Positions 63,311-64,000 of a stretch of DNA of 64,000 nt are shown in pieces. Source of the stretch: Rhina ancylostomus (taxonomy: Eukaryota); assembly GCA_030265395.1 (NCBI GenBank), contig JARFYF010000058.1, positions 22,231,915 through 22,295,914 of the forward strand, written 5' to 3'. Position numbers and translations under genes: made by a program. The notes beneath the pieces were generated by a model. It saw only the letters and a program-made list of their open reading frames with translations, did no database searches and was not told the origin of the DNA. The first letter of the stretch is position 1. Each line of letters begins with the position of its first letter.

Positions 63311-64000
63311 AATATAATTAACAAATGAATTTCAGCTCAGGTAAGTGGGAGACTTTACATTTTGCTATAATGAGTCAAGAAGTTACACATTACTTAGAAT
63401 ACAAGAATCAAATGGCTGGAAATTTATTTGCATAACAATTTTTAAGCATTATATAACTGAAAATTGATTTTCTTTTATAAATGAAACAATAGCTCCCACT
63501 TCTGGATTGAAAAAATTAACTGGCCAACTTCCTGGCACCCTTTTGACCCTAATGCAAGTTCTACAGAGGGGTGCAAATGATGACATCATTCCCTGTCCAA
63601 TGTATTTCTTGTCCAATAAATTGCTTACCTGTATCTTTAGGTCCTTCCTATCTTCTTCCCCTTCAAAAAGCAACCCCCAAATACCCTCCAATCTCAAGCT
63701 TGGTCCCAGTGTCTCTTTCCCCATGCTGAGCCCTTGATGTACCCTCCAACTTTGGCTGTAGTCCTCATTCCCTCACCAACAACCTCAATTCCCCTGCTCT
63801 ATGCCTCCTATGACCTTCTCCAGCCTCCTTTCTCCTGTTCTTCCACTAATTCTGATGCCTCTCTGCAGAGGACAAAAGAAAGATTTATAAGGGTGAGAGC
63901 AGAGTTTTCAGCTTATGATAGAAAAGGATGAAACAAATGGGATCCTTCCCTTAGAAGAATGAAGGCCAAAGGTGTGATTCATAAAGGTATCTAAAATCAT

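Noticed and set aside
1-64000. Prokaryotic-type systems (CRISPR arrays, operons, defence loci)
   Set aside because: The sequence is spliced vertebrate DNA with no regularly spaced repeat-spacer array and no dense ORF organisation.

Overview
Vertebrate genomic DNA, not prokaryotic. The repeat families (CR1/HER1-type LINEs, V-SINE/HE1-like and Deu-type SINEs, Rex1/Babar, RTE, Penelope-like foldbacks) suggest a cartilaginous fish, and the assembly is a gapped draft. The only protein-coding gene I can support is the 3' half of a p75 neurotrophin receptor family gene (NGFR/TNFRSF16-type) on the minus strand. Three coding exons join in frame through GT-AG introns: stalk+TM (47612-47813), juxtamembrane (45776-45942) and death domain (25402-25706). 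The cysteine-rich ectodomain exons were not found and probably lie beyond position 64000. The rest is intron or intergenic sequence filled with decayed, often nested retroelements. I found no clearly new biological system. The best leads are a candidate 21-nt microexon upstream of the death-domain exon, a possible death-domain-less read-through isoform, hammerhead-like Penelope foldbacks in the introns, an unexplained duplicated intronic element, and the paralog identity of the receptor. Repeat boundaries and family names were assigned by eye and are approximate.
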